Of a DNA stretch of 64,000 nt, positions 1 through 10,279 are shown one piece after another (within the stretch, counting starts at the first letter, position 1; each line of letters starts with the position of its first letter). The translations under genes and the position numbers were made by a program. The notes below the pieces were generated by a model, which had not been told where the DNA came from, ran no database searches, and saw only the letters and a program-made list of their open reading frames with translations. The stretch comes from a virus: positions 6,926 to 70,925 of IMG/VR virus record IMGVR_UViG_3300024999_000089, one strand, 5' to 3'.

Positions 1-145
1 CAAAATCATAATCGGCAAATTGACTAGCCGTATCATAAAATATAACCTCACCAGTAGAAAAACTTTTCCAGTTAATACCTGCTAAAAATTCCTGCAATTC
101 GTTGTAAAAACATTTAAACCCGTTAAAGTTAATATTTATATTCAT
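1..145 (-). CDS. Small early protein, truncated by the window edge
   Basis: ATG at 145 preceded by GGGAGG; frame stays open to base 1; TTTACA/TATAAT promoter upstream. Confidence 0.55.
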   Translation of the reverse strand, partial: MNININFNGFKCFYNELQEFLAGINWKSFSTGEVIFYDTASQFADYDF

Positions 146-478
146 GGTATTACCTCCCAAAATTTATATGTATTTTTCAAATATCTATGATATTAATTAT
201 ACTGATTTTTAAGACAATGTAAAGCATTATTTTTATATTTACTATCTTTAATTTTTAAGTCAATACTGAGCAATATGATCCACTAGTACCTGCCACAAAA
301 CAAGCTGTAATAGACTATTGCAAGCAAGTATAATAAAACAGGTACAAAGACACATAAAAGACAATTAGTAAGCTAATATAGCCATTGCAAGGACATATAA
401 AGCATATATAGACACATATTAAACCCTTGCTTGATTTTACTTAATTAATAAGCTATCAAGCAAGGGTTTAAGTTTAAT

Positions 479-1306
479 TTATACTGCTATTCCATTTTTA
501 AGTTGTTGCATTTTATCGGCAAGTATCCAAAGAGCCTTATTTAATTTTACATTATTGTCAATACTTTGAACGGGTCTGGTTGTTGTTCGTTTTCCGTTTA
601 CGTTCCTTCCTCTTTGTCCACCTCTGATCATATTTTCTTGAATCGTGTTAAAACTACTCCAAACATCGCTATTTTTATCTTCGTACCTTCTAGTATTTAA
701 TATTTGATTGACAGATATTGGAGACTCGTCATATTTTAAGGCTAAAGCTGCTTCACCAAATATTTCCTTTTCTTCCGGTAATAATATGGTAGACTTCATA
801 CCTTCAATGGAATTTTTCACTAAATCAAAGTCATTTACAACGGTATAGGCTGCATCAATCACGTTATCTACTATATTTCCTTTGTGTCTTACTCTGATAT
901 CCTCGATTACGTCACCTGTTACCATACCATTCTGACAAACGAAGCGAAATACTCCTGCCATCATTTGGTAACTGGAAGTTCCATCGTGTGAATTAATAAG
1001 AACAATCTCGTTAGCTTCACTATTGGTAATATCTGAAGCATGACGTAACCGCAACATATGTTTGGTAAACTCTGACTTTCCTTCAATCCTTGACTTAGAT
1101 TGTGCAACCATAAACGGCTGAAATCCTTCTTTTCTTAATCCGTCAAGAACTGTAATAGTAGGAATATAGGTGTAACGTGCCGATCTAGATTCATGAGGCT
1201 CAACTGCAAAAATTGAAGGTGCTATGTTAAAAAGTTGATTATTATCTAGTGGGGTATTTTGCCTAAAATTATTACTATTATTATCAAATCTTGTTGCTAA
1301 TGCCAT
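479..1306 (-). CDS. DUF932/DUF945 family protein of the type found in plasmid leading regions
   Basis: Family motifs HESRSARYTYIPT, KHMLRLR, INSHDGTSSYQMMAGVFRFVCQNG and QENMIRGG; AGGAGG RBS. Confidence 0.9.
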   Translation of the reverse strand: MALATRFDNNSNNFRQNTPLDNNQLFNIAPSIFAVEPHESRSARYTYIPTITVLDGLRKEGFQPFMVAQSKSRIEGKSEFTKHMLRLRHASDITNSEANEIVLINSHDGTSSYQMMAGVFRFVCQNGMVTGDVIEDIRVRHKGNIVDNVIDAAYTVVNDFDLVKNSIEGMKSTILLPEEKEIFGEAALALKYDESPISVNQILNTRRYEDKNSDVWSSFNTIQENMIRGGQRGRNVNGKRTTTRPVQSIDNNVKLNKALWILADKMQQLKNGIAV

Positions 1307-1334
1307 AATGAAAACCTCCTAAAATTTATATTCT

Positions 1335-1346
1335 GTTTTCAAAGAA
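1335..1346 (-). promoter_or_regulatory. rrn-type boxA antitermination element
   Basis: TTCTTTGAAAAC on the minus strand between the promoter and RBS of the DUF932 gene; identical 12-mer at 9038-9049. Confidence 0.6.
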
Positions 1347-1402
1347 TTCTTTCAAGTGTGTTCATTCAAATTGTTTATGTATTTTTTATTGTGCTAGTGC
1401 CT

Positions 1403-1430
1403 ATTATATCAGATCCAAGGATATTGTCAA
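1403..1430 (-). promoter_or_regulatory. sigmaA-type early promoter
   Basis: TTGACA-N16-TATAAT on the minus strand. Confidence 0.65.
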
Positions 1431-1756
1431 TACTATTTATCTAATTATTATTTTTTCATTCCTATTCAATACACTATACCACAAAAACACCTTCCCAGTA
1501 TCAATTAAATCCCACATACTACCAATTATCTAGCAAAAATAAATAATTATTATATCCAATTATTTTATAATTTGATGAAATTTTATCTAATTATTGTTGT
1601 AGGAGGCTTTTTGAGACGTTGGGAGGAATAGAGGTAGTAAGGGGAAGGGAATTAGGTTTTTTGTGGTGATATGAGCGTTGTGTGGAGTTGCGGAGGGAAT
1701 GAGGAAGGGCAGTAAATTTTGTTGGAGGAATAGAAGCAAAGAAGTAAAGAAGAACA

Positions 1757-1785
1757 AAAAATAAACCTTCTAATTAGAAGGTTTT
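1757..1785 (-). terminator. Intrinsic terminator
   Basis: AAACCTTCT/AGAAGGTTT stem with a T-rich tail on the minus strand, at the ORF stop; similar ones at 2345-2368, 3121-3149 and 5917-5949. Confidence 0.7.
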
Positions 1786-2242
1786 AAGCGGTTATTTTAT
1801 CCTCTTTATTAACAAAATCCCATAATCCCTTATCCGATACAATCCAGGCTGGGATATACTTTTTATCATCCTGCTCAATAATTAAGCTGTTAGCAACAAA
1901 TTCAACATATACCATATGTTTAGCACCATGCATATTATTACTTCCTGTAATAAAACCTGTTGCTTTTTCCGTGAATCTGTCACCACTGTAAATTAATGCA
2001 TAATAGGCTTTTTTAGTAGGTTTGCTAGACTTCTTACGTGTTTTCTTAGGTACATAATTATTAACTGCATGGTATAAAGGAGTACTATCTTTAATTTCCC
2101 AATCCTCGAAAACTTCTAAAGGTATATTATCACACTTATTTAACATTAATTGGAAATCTTCTGCATCTTCTTCCTTATCCTGAGATAATGCCTTTTCAAT
2201 ACGTTTTTGGAAATATTGCTTTGCTCTTTCCTTCGCATCCAT
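1784..2242 (-). CDS. Hypothetical early protein
   Basis: ORF with AAGGAGG RBS, own TTGCAA-N17-TATAAT promoter and terminator. Confidence 0.75.
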   Translation of the reverse strand: MDAKERAKQYFQKRIEKALSQDKEEDAEDFQLMLNKCDNIPLEVFEDWEIKDSTPLYHAVNNYVPKKTRKKSSKPTKKAYYALIYSGDRFTEKATGFITGSNNMHGAKHMVYVEFVANSLIIEQDDKKYIPAWIVSDKGLWDFVNKEDKITA

Positions 2243-2366
2243 CGTATAGCCTCCTTAAAAATCAAATTTAATTCATATCTAATTATATTAAATTAATGAC
2301 AAGATTGCAATACAATTATATTAATATTGCTTGAATTTAATCAAAAAAAATAAACCTCCTAAGAGG

Positions 2367-3002
2367 TTAATATTTGTAAATCAGCGTTCTATAGTGTAGC
2401 TTCTGAATATTGTAACCACCAGCTATTATTGTATTTATATTTACCGTACCTCTTTCGCCTTTTATAGTTCCGTCAAATCCTTTGTTTGCATTATATTCTA
2501 GTCTTACAATACTTTCCACATTTCCTACATTTCCTTTTATCATAAAGATTAATTCCTTTAACATAAAATCATGAGTGTATTTAATGTCTTCTTTAGGGAT
2601 AAGGTTTCCCTCTTTATCTTTCCATGTTGTCAAGGCAATATTTTCCATTTCCTTAACTTTTTGAATCAATGGTAGGATATTGTCTTTATTATTTTCCATA
2701 TATTTTTCATATTCAGCTTGATCCAGTCCCTCAGCCTCTTTCTTATCTAATATAGGCTTTAGCTGCTCAAGTATTTTTAAATCTTCCTCGGTTGACTTTG
2801 CATAACGCTTTATGGTATCCGCAGAATCTTTCAATCTTGATATATAATTTTTGCCATTTACATCTAGACCAACTATTTTTTCTGCTTCTAGTTTAATAAG
2901 ATATTTGCCGTTTTCGCATACCGTCAACCTTTCAAGGTATACACCTTTGATTTCTCCCAGTGATTTACTTTCCCAAAATTCTTTAAATTCCTTTTTCGTC
3001 AA
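2367..3002 (-). CDS. Hypothetical early protein; start probably TTG at 3002 rather than 3080
   Basis: AGGGAG RBS upstream of TTG 3002; a promoter-like sequence lies inside the longer predicted N-terminus. Confidence 0.7.
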   Translation of the reverse strand: MTKKEFKEFWESKSLGEIKGVYLERLTVCENGKYLIKLEAEKIVGLDVNGKNYISRLKDSADTIKRYAKSTEEDLKILEQLKPILDKKEAEGLDQAEYEKYMENNKDNILPLIQKVKEMENIALTTWKDKEGNLIPKEDIKYTHDFMLKELIFMIKGNVGNVESIVRLEYNANKGFDGTIKGERGTVNINTIIAGGYNIQKLHYRTLIYKY

Positions 3003-3147
3003 TTGGTTCAACTCCCTAAAAAAGATATAGTTACTATATATAATACTAAATTTAAGGCTGAATAGCAATAGTATTTTCATAGATTATTATATTTATTTTT
3101 CTTGGTGTTGGGTATTGAGCAAAAAAAAAACACCTGTCAAAAGGTGT

Positions 3148-3318
3148 TTAATCTTCACTAATTTTTATTTCTATATTATGTAAATCAATGCATGGTCTAT
3201 ATGATCTAATCCTTCTCAATACATTATCAATATCGTTCGCCCTTCTTTTACTCATAAAAAATTCTAGATTACATTTAGGCACTATAATTTTAACTTTTTC
3301 AATTTTCATTCTGAGCAT
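3148..3318 (-). CDS. Small hypothetical protein (56 aa, not in the ORF track)
   Basis: MLRMKIEKVK...; AAGGAG upstream; terminator hairpin right after the stop. Confidence 0.5.
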   Translation of the reverse strand: MLRMKIEKVKIIVPKCNLEFFMSKRRANDIDNVLRRIRSYRPCIDLHNIEIKISED

Positions 3319-4040
3319 CTCCTTTTAATATAGATTTAGTTTTATTATTTTATTACTCTATAGTATTCTACAAGATAAAGAAAATACCTTTATTATTTTA
3401 AAATTATTTTTAAATTTTATGAATAATTTTTTGTTAGGTTATTTGTTCGGATACCTCTAAAACAACAAAGCAAAATTAAAAGTTAACATTCGTTTACTGT
3501 ATATCTTATTATCTCGATATTCCATTATTACAATATACATTTATTACCTATTTTTAACTTATCAATTCCATACATAATTTCATAACTAAATTTTATGAAT
3601 ATTTCCGGTAATTGCCATATGGACTTGATGTTAAAATGAAAAGTATATTGGTAACATGATGTTAAAAAGACACTGAGACAGAGTGTAAATATAATTGTTT
3701 TAGGGTCAAAGTAGGCTTAAATTGAGGTTGAATATACATTTATGCATGTATATGTTGATGGATATGTATAATTATACTGATTATTGTAATATGTTTACAT
3801 GAGTGATCCTTGTACCTATGATTCTATAAGGGTTTTTTATGTGTCGTTAGAATGGCCAGGAATGGCTGTATAAAATATTCAGTGTGTATTTGTACCTTGG
3901 GATATTTGAGATTAAGAAGAGATTATTTTGTGAGATAGGAAGGGGAAATTGAGGAATGAATGGATTGGTGATATTTGGATGATACCAAGATGATGTTAAA
4001 TTTTAAGTGTTGGGTGGTAGTGGTTGAAGGTAATAGTTTG

Positions 4041-4352
4041 GTAGCAAGTTAGTATCACGATATTAATATTAATGGTAACATGATATTTTGTTGCTACTAT
4101 TATTTATGTGATATAAAAGGTAATATGATAAGTAACATTATAGGTAACATACTAGCAATAGAAAATATAATAATATTAATATAGACATTTTTACTGCGGT
4201 AGCAAGTAAAAATTCAAAGGTCTTTATATGGTAGCAGTGATAAATAAAAATTGTCACTTATAAATCATAATATATAGTAGCAAAAAGAAAATATCACACT
4301 TTGATCACCCATATAATAAAAACATATCTTTGTTCTCAAAGTGTGATATTTT
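4041..4352. repeat. Iteron-like GTARCA repeats plus a 17-bp inverted repeat (candidate origin)
   Basis: GTAGCA at 4041, 4199, 4231, 4277 and reverse at 4092; GTAACAT at 4075, 4132, 4144; AAAATATCACACTTTGA 4288-4304 pairs with 4336-4352. Confidence 0.5.
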
Positions 4353-4368
4353 ATATATTTAATTTATT

Positions 4369-5562
4369 CTAATTTAATATGGTATCTATTTTCTTATTGA
4401 ATGTTTTTCTTTTTGTTCGCTCATAGGTATTTACTTTATCTATAATATTCCTTGCTTTTGGATTAATAACGGTATCAATTATTTTTGTTGTCTCAGTAAT
4501 ATATTTCTTCTGTGACCGTCTTATTAATTTTCTTTCTTCATAATCAGCATTAACTATAAGTCTTTCTCCGAATGTTGGCATAATTTGATTTTTGGCTTCT
4601 TGATTCCTTTTTTCAGTGTTAATAATTATCTGTTTTGATACTATTCCATTAAGAGTTATTTTAACATTTTTCCGTTCTTCATACTCTAGTAAAAATTGAT
4701 TTAATTTATCTAATTCCATAACTATATCAGGATGAAAAATTATATCATAACTTTTATAATAGTATAATATATTTAAATCCTGCTCTTGCAACTTGCTACA
4801 TACTTTTTTCGTGAATTCTGGGTATCTACCAGCTAAAAATATTTCTTGTTTTTTAGTATATCCCATTTCACCTGCTACCATTTTTTCATAGGTATTAATA
4901 TATTCAAGTTCTATTTTCCCAGCGGTAACATGATTCTCTTTTAGTTTAATTTCTTTACCATGTTCATCTAAGATTATTACTTCTTCATTTAATACTATAG
5001 TGTGTACCAGATTCCATATAACAAGGAATTTACTATCTAACCTTTTTAATGATCTTTCTACTGCATCATTAAGATTCCTATTGTTGATATTAAAAAATTC
5101 TTTTATATTTTCATTGTCAATTTTTAAAAAGTCTGCTACCTTTCCAGTATTAAATTTTACATAATGATAATTTGAGTTAACCATGTTCAAGGCTTGTAAC
5201 ATTTGATCTCTACTGAGATACAATCTTCTATTATTATTTTTTGATTGTTGCTTCTGATACAATAAATCTAATATTAACTTTTCTATGTATTTCCCATAGA
5301 TATTATTATTATCTTTTCTATTGTCAATTTTAAGTATTGGGAATTCATGTATTGATGTAATAATGAATTTATGTCCTTGTCTTTCCCATGTAAAATATTG
5401 TTGCCATTGCTCAAATTGATAGTTACGGCCTTTACCATTCTTTTGTTGTTGATTTAGTAAGATACACATTTCTTTATAATTTTTGATTATTAGATTAATA
5501 TATAATACTCTTTTTACTATCTTATGTAGATCGTTTGTTGTCTCAGTTGTAGTTGTATTAAT
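4369..5562 (-). CDS. Putative replication-initiator-like or DNA-binding protein; frame extends to an ATT start at 5562
   Basis: Open frame upstream of 5469 (..IIKNYKEMC..) reaches ATT just downstream of GGGAGG; repeat cluster next to the stop; function inferred. Confidence 0.5.
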   Translation of the reverse strand: MNTTTTETTNDLHKIVKRVLYINLIIKNYKEMCILLNQQQKNGKGRNYQFEQWQQYFTWERQGHKFIITSIHEFPILKIDNRKDNNNIYGKYIEKLILDLLYQKQQSKNNNRRLYLSRDQMLQALNMVNSNYHYVKFNTGKVADFLKIDNENIKEFFNINNRNLNDAVERSLKRLDSKFLVIWNLVHTIVLNEEVIILDEHGKEIKLKENHVTAGKIELEYINTYEKMVAGEMGYTKKQEIFLAGRYPEFTKKVCSKLQEQDLNILYYYKSYDIIFHPDIVMELDKLNQFLLEYEERKNVKITLNGIVSKQIIINTEKRNQEAKNQIMPTFGERLIVNADYEERKLIRRSQKKYITETTKIIDTVINPKARNIIDKVNTYERTKRKTFNKKIDTILN

Positions 5563-5954
5563 AATAGTTCCTCCCTTAGATTAGATTATTATTTTTTCAT
5601 TTCCTACATATTATTTATACAATTTACATAAAAACTATTGACATTTAGCAAAATAATTATATCTATTTTCTCCTGCTCTCCTTTCTATTTATTTGTTGAT
5701 AGATTGTTGATTAATTAATAGATATTTAATAGATTGTATATATAATAATGTCGGTAAATTTTATTATAACATATTGAGAATTAAATGTAAAGAATTATTT
5801 TGTGGGAATTTATGGTAGGTTGGTTTATGGGCTGCTGTTATAGTAATATATGGAAGGTGGTTTTATGTGGTCTGTTATAGAGGAATTGGATAAATTTAGG
5901 GGATTAAAAATGGACAAAAAAAATAAGTCTACCTTAACCGGGTAGACTTGATAA

Positions 5955-6740
5955 TTATACTACTCTGATTAATTCCCATTCTTTGGTTATCTCTGGATTT
6001 AATATGTGATCTGTTATAACCATATTACCTAAGTCAGTATAAATATGGATATTCTTGGTAGATATTTGTATATGCCTTTTATTGGTGGAATAGTAAATAT
6101 AATTTTTAACCATACTTGGATCATTAAGTCTATTATAGATTATTTGCTCTTCCTCAGTATGGCAGAATTCTGGGCCGTTTTTGAATAAATCTAAATAACG
6201 TATAGAATCGGATATTAAAGAGCAGTCAATATTAAATGCAGTTAAAAAATTGAACAATAGGGAATAATTTGTATCTTGATAATCTACACCATAACTAGCT
6301 GCATCAAAGTCTATTAGATACAATTTTCCCTGGTAATATAACCATTGTAAACAGTCTGAGTAATATATATTAAGTTGTTGGAGTGTATAGATCTGTTTAA
6401 GCATAAAGGGAATATTTTTGGTTATTATGGGTCTGACCTTGTTACGGTCTTTTTTGGGTATTGTGTCAATACTGATAACATGACCATGTGGCATTGTTAT
6501 ATATTGTTTATAGTCATGCATAATGGTATCAATTGGAAGTGAAGTCATTCCATGTAACATTTTTAGGAATAGGAATTCGTTGGAGGAAGGAATTGTTTCT
6601 TTGTGGAATAGGTTGGTTGTCGGGTCTGTGAAGGTGTTAAGATTGCCTTTCATTTGTTGTAAAGTCTCCTTTTTTGTTTGTTGTTCGTTGTTGGTGGTGC
6701 TATCTATTGAGTTGTTATAGTATTGACTGTTATAAACCAT
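5955..6740 (-). CDS. Protein-kinase-like fold protein (putative)
   Basis: LQQLNIYYSD...KLYLIDFD resembles the catalytic loop and DFG segment of kinase-like proteins. Confidence 0.45.
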   Translation of the reverse strand: MVYNSQYYNNSIDSTTNNEQQTKKETLQQMKGNLNTFTDPTTNLFHKETIPSSNEFLFLKMLHGMTSLPIDTIMHDYKQYITMPHGHVISIDTIPKKDRNKVRPIITKNIPFMLKQIYTLQQLNIYYSDCLQWLYYQGKLYLIDFDAASYGVDYQDTNYSLLFNFLTAFNIDCSLISDSIRYLDLFKNGPEFCHTEEEQIIYNRLNDPSMVKNYIYYSTNKRHIQISTKNIHIYTDLGNMVITDHILNPEITKEWELIRVV

Positions 6741-6901
6741 TTGTAAAATACCTTAATTTGTTATTTGTATAATGCTTACTATTATCTGTTATCTGTTATA
6801 AGGTATTTTACAAAAGGTTTGTTTATCCCTGCATCAACCAGCTTATTAGGCATACAATGCAGGTATAAAATATTATATTGCCTTTTTGTTTTTAATAACT
6901 A

Positions 6902-7066
6902 CTAATCTATCAGTTTTAATCTTCCTTGTTGTTCTTGTTGCTCTTCCTCTGTCAAATATTCAGATTCATCAATACCGGATATTTCCATAATATTCTTTTT
7001 GCACTCAGGACAATATATAAAATTATCTGTGTCATGTTCTTTGTTGCATAAGCTGCAAATTTGCAT
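6902..7066 (-). CDS. Small zinc-ribbon protein (54 aa, not in the ORF track)
   Basis: CSLC...CPEC; AGGAGG RBS. Confidence 0.6.
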   Translation of the reverse strand: MQICSLCNKEHDTDNFIYCPECKKNIMEISGIDESEYLTEEEQQEQQGRLKLID

Positions 7067-7180
7067 TTACTCAGCCTCCTGTTATTCGGTTTTAGGATTT
7101 TTTGTTAAATCCCTTTATAAAATGCAGGTTAAATAATTTGAGTAAATACAATAACCTGCACTATTTAAAAAGATTATAAT

Positions 7181-7516
7181 CTAACCAAACATATAGTTAT
7201 TTTTTGCCAAATCAACATAATCATCAAACATGATTTTACTTTCTTCTTCCGTTCTTGGATACTTTTTACCACCTAATTCTAAAGTGCTAGTAATATTATT
7301 AATGTTATAAGCAATTCCCAACAACCATTTTCCATTAAAATTATTTTCTCCCATATTGTATAATACAACGTATCTTTTATCAGTTATTTTTTGTATTCTG
7401 TGGATAATTTTACATTTTTCACATACACCTTGAGGAAAATATTCAGTTTTGGTTAAATTTTTCTTAGCTGTTAAAGTATTACAAATTGAACATGTGTGAA
7501 TAGGTTTTCTTGCCAT
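7181..7516 (-). CDS. Hypothetical protein with CxxC...CxxC
   Basis: ORF with GGGAGG RBS. Confidence 0.7.
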   Translation of the reverse strand: MARKPIHTCSICNTLTAKKNLTKTEYFPQGVCEKCKIIHRIQKITDKRYVVLYNMGENNFNGKWLLGIAYNINNITSTLELGGKKYPRTEEESKIMFDDYVDLAKNNYMFG

Positions 7517-7617
7517 TGGTCAACAACGCCTCCCTGTTATTTAATTCCTTTATCAATACCAGGATTTTTAAGTTATAAATTCAACTCTAACCCTGATATT
7601 GTAAAAAAATTAAATTG

Positions 7618-7923
7618 TTATGCTAATTCTATATGTTCTTTAATGCCTTGCAAGTCCTTCAAAATTTTGATTATACATAATTTTAGGTTAAAATCTAATT
7701 CCTTTTTTGTTTTTTCTAATACTACATTTAATTTATACTGTCTAGATTCATATGTATTGCCACCGTCAAATAGATAAGGATTAATTGGTAATAATTCTTT
7801 GTATAATTCTAACAGTTCAAAATATTTCGCAGTGTGTAAGGATTTGTATTTTACTGTTATAGGGAATTTTTTTACTTTTAAAATGGCATTGTTAATATTT
7901 TCTAGATATAGATTTTGTTTCAT
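7618..7923 (-). CDS. Hypothetical protein
   Basis: ORF with AGGAGG RBS. Confidence 0.7.
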   Translation of the reverse strand: MKQNLYLENINNAILKVKKFPITVKYKSLHTAKYFELLELYKELLPINPYLFDGGNTYESRQYKLNVVLEKTKKELDFNLKLCIIKILKDLQGIKEHIELA

Positions 7924-8044
7924 TGGTTCATAACCTCCTGTTATACTATATTTACCTTCCCATAACCTACCATTTCTAGTAGGCTAACGGAAAATAAATT
8001 AAGCTGTTATACTGTTATTACTATTCAGAGACTTTATAAGAGGC

Positions 8045-8362
8045 TTAAAACCTCTTAGGATACTTTTTGTAGAAATTAGCTTCTTTTTTCTCAAATGTCT
8101 TTTGTATTCCATTGTTAATTATATCATTTATAGATTCGTTATCAGCAGGTATTTTGTTAATATATTTCCAATCTTCAGGACTGCAATTGGTATTGGATAA
8201 GATAAAGTTAAATACATCAAATTCTTTTACGTTATCAGGATTAATCATGTAACCATTGCCTTTTAAATCATGGATAAAACTTTTTTTATTTGGATATTCA
8301 CTGTCGATTCTAGTTATTTGCTTGTCACCTTTCATTTTTACATAGGCTGAATACATTGTCAT
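8045..8362 (-). CDS. Hypothetical protein
   Basis: ORF with AAGGAGG RBS. Confidence 0.75.
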   Translation of the reverse strand: MTMYSAYVKMKGDKQITRIDSEYPNKKSFIHDLKGNGYMINPDNVKEFDVFNFILSNTNCSPEDWKYINKIPADNESINDIINNGIQKTFEKKEANFYKKYPKRF

Positions 8363-8467
8363 TGTATTACCTCCTTCTGTTATAGTTTTATTTAATTCCT
8401 TTATAAAAAATAGGGTATCTGTTATTAATTAACACTGCACCCTATTCTATGTAAAAAAATTAAATTG

Positions 8468-8770
8468 TTATTTTAAATATATATTATCTAGTCCTGCATT
8501 AAATTCTACTGTATATCGTCCTTGTCTGGCTGTTTCTCCTTGCATTTCTTGTTTTATATCTCTACATTCTGAGCGATTAAATAATTCTATTAATTCTTCA
8601 TAACATAGTCCATTTTTCCGCTTAAACTTTTTAGCATACTGGCATATTACAAAGTAGATTCTATCTGTATTAGATTCAATTTTCTTAGCTGCTTTAGCTG
8701 TTTTAAATATCCATTTATAATATGCTTCTTTTTGTTCGTTTGTTAAGTTGGCGTATTGTTCGTATGTCAT
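8468..8770 (-). CDS. Hypothetical protein
   Basis: ORF with AAGGAGG RBS. Confidence 0.75.
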   Translation of the reverse strand: MTYEQYANLTNEQKEAYYKWIFKTAKAAKKIESNTDRIYFVICQYAKKFKRKNGLCYEELIELFNRSECRDIKQEMQGETARQGRYTVEFNAGLDNIYLK

Positions 8771-8859
8771 ATTGTATTACCTCCTTTTATTTTAAACCCT
8801 TTGTAAAACCTTCAAAAGTAAAGCAAAATAGAGATAATAAAAGATAGTTGAAGGCTTTA

Positions 8860-9049
8860 AAAAGGATTTATGCAGTTCTGGCACCGTCCACCTGCTCCTT
8901 GCATGTTCCGCATGTTCTCCCTGTGTGGTAATCCACCCATAGCCCAGGTATTACTACCCTTCCACTGGCTACCCTCATGCAGCTTTTGCAGTATCGTCGC
9001 TCGGTCACTTATTCGCCGTACTCCCTGCCTATGTGTAGTTTTCAAAGAA
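8860..9049 (-). ncRNA. Candidate structured leader RNA starting with boxA
   Basis: Locally GC-rich ~190-nt stretch in a very AT-rich genome, beginning with TTCTTTGAAAAC, at the head of the early gene run; overlapping ORFs lack an RBS. Confidence 0.45.
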
Positions 9050-9508
9050 GACTTACACTATTATATATTGCAAGAATCATACCAAAATTATATTTATAAT
9101 TTGTATTATACCCTTAGAGGGTATAGAATATTCAGAGGGCTGAAAGTATTGATTTTAGTAGGTTTTTTATGTTGTTTGGTTGGATATATTGGAGGGTATA
9201 TTGATTAGTTTAAAGGTTGATGTGGTAGTTTGGAAATGTGTATCGTAATGGAACGGTTATATGTTCTATATTGGAACAGTGTGTGTTGAAATGGAACAAT
9301 TGAGGTATATTATAGGTATAGTAGTATGATCAGATTGATACAATAGTGTAGCAATATGCTACTATTGTGTAATATTTTGATGTGGTTGGAGTGTTGGTGG
9401 GTTAGGTGATTTTAGGGGATTTATATATGAAATTTTGGAATAGTTAATATGATTGATTGTTTGGTTACAGTTTGGGAGTTGGTTGGATTGTTTATGTATT
9501 GGTTGGAG

Positions 9509-9524
9509 TGTTCCACGTGGAACA
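9509..9524. promoter_or_regulatory. parS site (ParB/Spo0J binding)
   Basis: Perfect palindrome TGTTCCACGTGGAACA, one mismatch from TGTTNCACGTGAAACA. Confidence 0.85.
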
Positions 9525-9780
9525 ATATTATATTTACCTTGTGTAAGCTGATTGGATAGTTTAGTTTATTTTTATTGTTTTGGTTCGTGTTAGTTTATAA
9601 AATCAGGTTAATTGGTTAGTGTTAGATATAGATAGATAGATAGATAGATTAGTTTTGGATGTTAGATGTTAGAGGTGTACTAGTTGGATAGTACACCTTA
9701 TTGTATGTAGTATTGAATACTATGTGTAGTAGTATTAATGTATTGTTTAGATAGTAATAAATATAATTAGATGTAGAAAG

Positions 9781-9813
9781 TTATACACAAGTTATTAACA
9801 GGTCTGTGGATAA
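9781..9813. promoter_or_regulatory. DnaA box cluster
   Basis: TTATACACA 9781-9789, degenerate TTATTAACA 9792-9800, TGTGGATAA (reverse TTATCCACA) 9805-9813. Confidence 0.7.
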
Positions 9814-9943
9814 ATCCTTTAGCATAGTAAAGTGTTAAAGTGGTAAAGCGTTAAAGTTAACAAGTGTTAACTAACAGATTTTCTGTTATCTTTTCCGAAT
9901 GTGTAATATTACACAGTGTGTAACAATTTATTCCTGGTGATAA

Positions 9944-9959
9944 TGTTCCACGTGGAACA
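9944..9959. promoter_or_regulatory. Second parS site
   Basis: Identical TGTTCCACGTGGAACA. Confidence 0.85.
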
Positions 9960-10279
9960 AAAGAATTATAATTATAGTTTGTTCTACACGTTCCACATGT
10001 TTTATATTTTCAACACGTACGATAATTCCGGCAATTGTAATCAGGTCATAGCTTCACTTGTGGCAATGTGGCTACATAGCTATATAGCACTCAATTAAAT
10101 ACAATCAAAAATAACCTCATATATACACTTTATTCAATTTCTCAGGTCATATTATACCTATTTTGAATTTACTCTTCAAATAGAGGCAAAATTTCAATCA
10201 AAATTTAAGTGTCCTGATTCTAACCTATTCACATATTCACCACATATTCACATTGTTAATATTCATATCGAGTATATTA

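Noticed and set aside
9627-9648. (ATAG)n microsatellite as a phase-variation switch
   Set aside because: Not within a gene or a recognisable promoter spacer
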